Origin: an uncultured Gammaproteobacteria bacterium | GTDB taxonomy: Bacteria > Patescibacteriota > Patescibacteriia > VMEV01 > CAZAJQ01 | DNA length: 64,000 nucleotides | Direction: 5' to 3' | Assembly: GCA_964485795.1 (NCBI GenBank) | Contig: CAZAJQ010000001.1 | Span: forward strand, 142,014-206,013 | Shown here: positions 62,916-64,000 of the stretch, in pieces | Numbering within the stretch: the stretch's first letter is position 1 | Layout of the letters: every line of letters starts with the position of its first letter | Position numbers and translations under genes: made by a program | Notes under the pieces: generated by a model | Told to the model about the DNA's origin: nothing | Database searches by the model: none | The model's input: the letters and a program-made list of their open reading frames with translations, nothing else

Positions 62916-63782
62916 TTATTCCGGATAATGGTGGACATCCTTCCACCATTGAGAATTTTTCCCATTTTTTCCTTCAAATATCTTCTTTTCCGAAGACAAT
63001 TTTGAAGGTTGGGGTACGATGGGAGAGATATATTGGTAAGTGATTTCCCCCCAGCGCTTATGAGCCATTTTGAGCAGCTTGATTCGATATTCCCTAGAAC
63101 GATTGGGAACATAGAGAACTACCCCATCTCCTGCTACTCTGATGAATGTGAACAGCTGTGCCCATGGCTCCTCTCCAAGGCCATATTTCTGACTTGCAAG
63201 TTTCTCGCCTTTGTAAGCACCCCCTGCAAGCCATTTCTTTCCCCTCTCGGAATGGAGCTGCTTGAGATTCTGAGGAGCTTTTTCAAAAAAGCAATAAGCA
63301 TAGTGGCATTCTCCGAAGATTGAAGCGGCCAACCTGATCTTGGCATTTCTATCTTCATAACCTTTGTTTTGAAGATGGAACCCAATTGCCTCCTCGCCAT
63401 TTTTTCCGTTACTGATGACTAAATACGGATAGTCATCAGCCCCCTTTTCAGCTCCCGGATTCTTCACATATTGATCCTCATTATTTGTCTCTGAAGGATC
63501 CGTTTCTTTTTTTTCAGCAACGGGCGCAGCATCTTTTTTGAATTCAGGCTTTGAAATTTCGGAAGATTTTTTGCCTTCAGTGGAACCTTCTTTTTTTGCT
63601 GCAATCGTTGGAGCGGCTTCTTTTTCAGGAGCTTTCAGTGGTTCAGGCTTTTTTTCTAAAACCTTTTCTTCCTTCTTGACTACAGGAGCATCTTTTTTTT
63701 CTTCTTGCTTTGCTACAACAGGAATATCTTTTTTTTTTTTTTTCTTGACTTCATTCGAAGCTTCCTGTTTTTTTGAACCCAC
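62916..63782 (-). CDS. hypothetical protein (K/E-rich low-complexity N-terminus, globular C-terminal domain)
   Basis: 288 aa ORF. The N-terminal approximately 110 aa are lysine/glutamate-rich. Confidence 0.45.
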   Translation of the reverse strand: MGSKKQEASNEVKKKKKKDIPVVAKQEEKKDAPVVKKEEKVLEKKPEPLKAPEKEAAPTIAAKKEGSTEGKKSSEISKPEFKKDAAPVAEKKETDPSETNNEDQYVKNPGAEKGADDYPYLVISNGKNGEEAIGFHLQNKGYEDRNAKIRLAASIFGECHYAYCFFEKAPQNLKQLHSERGKKWLAGGAYKGEKLASQKYGLGEEPWAQLFTFIRVAGDGVVLYVPNRSREYRIKLLKMAHKRWGEITYQYISPIVPQPSKLSSEKKIFEGKNGKNSQWWKDVHHYPE

Positions 63783-64000
63783 TCCCGAATAGAATACTCC
63801 TTATTTTTCAGGAGTAACGCCGCCGACAAAAGTACCGAGCACCAACAGAACCAGCACAAAAATGTTTTTCGTCATGGAAAAACCCTTTCCAAAATAAAAA
63901 TAAAATAAGGACAATCACTATATCCCAACCATTCAGCAAAAGCATTTCGCTTTGCTGAAAATATCGGGAAGAGATCAAATCCTTTTAACATATTTTATCA

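Noticed and set aside
1-64000. Alternative genetic code (UGA recoding), as in some candidate-phyla lineages
   Set aside because: The long, motif-complete ORFs (recQ, metG, argS, glyQS) terminate at TGA, TAA or TAG. No in-frame TGA needs read-through to recover conserved domains. The standard code explains the data.

Overview
This 64 kb window is AT-rich with short intergenic spacers and many hypothetical or envelope-associated proteins. It looks like a small-genome bacterium, possibly CPR/Patescibacteria-like, using the standard genetic code. The identifiable content falls into six groups.

1. Housekeeping genes:
- two RecQ paralogues (156..2021 and 49026..50801), the second one translationally coupled to a DnaQ-like exonuclease
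- a UvrD-type helicase fused to a Cas4-like nuclease
- MetRS, GlyRS, ArgRS, TatD and CvpA
- the block smpB, tmRNA (ssrA), infC-rpmI-rplT, tRNA-Asp
- tRNA-Arg, NUDIX, VKOR and Lgt
- a VIT-family transporter.

2. A comG-like type IV pilus / competence pseudopilus operon (ATPase, platform protein, four pilin-like genes), with a divergent pilin gene. One pilin is fused to an LVIVD-repeat beta-propeller.

3. A long minus-strand operon (36.6 to 47.2 kb). It carries a ComF phosphoribosyltransferase, a VirB4-type ATPase that appears split into two ORFs, a VirB3/PrgI-like protein, two large domain-less proteins and a VirB6-like polytopic membrane protein. I read this as a partial T4SS-like or DNA-transfer apparatus.

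4. A downstream block of large secreted, FG-GAP-repeat and K/E-rich coiled-coil proteins. It includes a 1025 aa protein with a Cys-rich domain, a transmembrane segment and a coiled-coil region.

5. Three previously unannotated repeat families:
- a 32 nt AT-rich hairpin repeat, one tandem pair of which lies inside a pilin gene's leader region
- a heptamer TACTCAG tandem repeat at three gene boundaries
- a GC-rich, highly structured repeat family at three intergenic loci, with compensatory base changes and, at one locus, 33 bp terminal inverted repeats. One copy sits between smpB and ssrA.

6. Several rho-independent terminators.

No rRNA, CRISPR array, integrase or transposase was seen.
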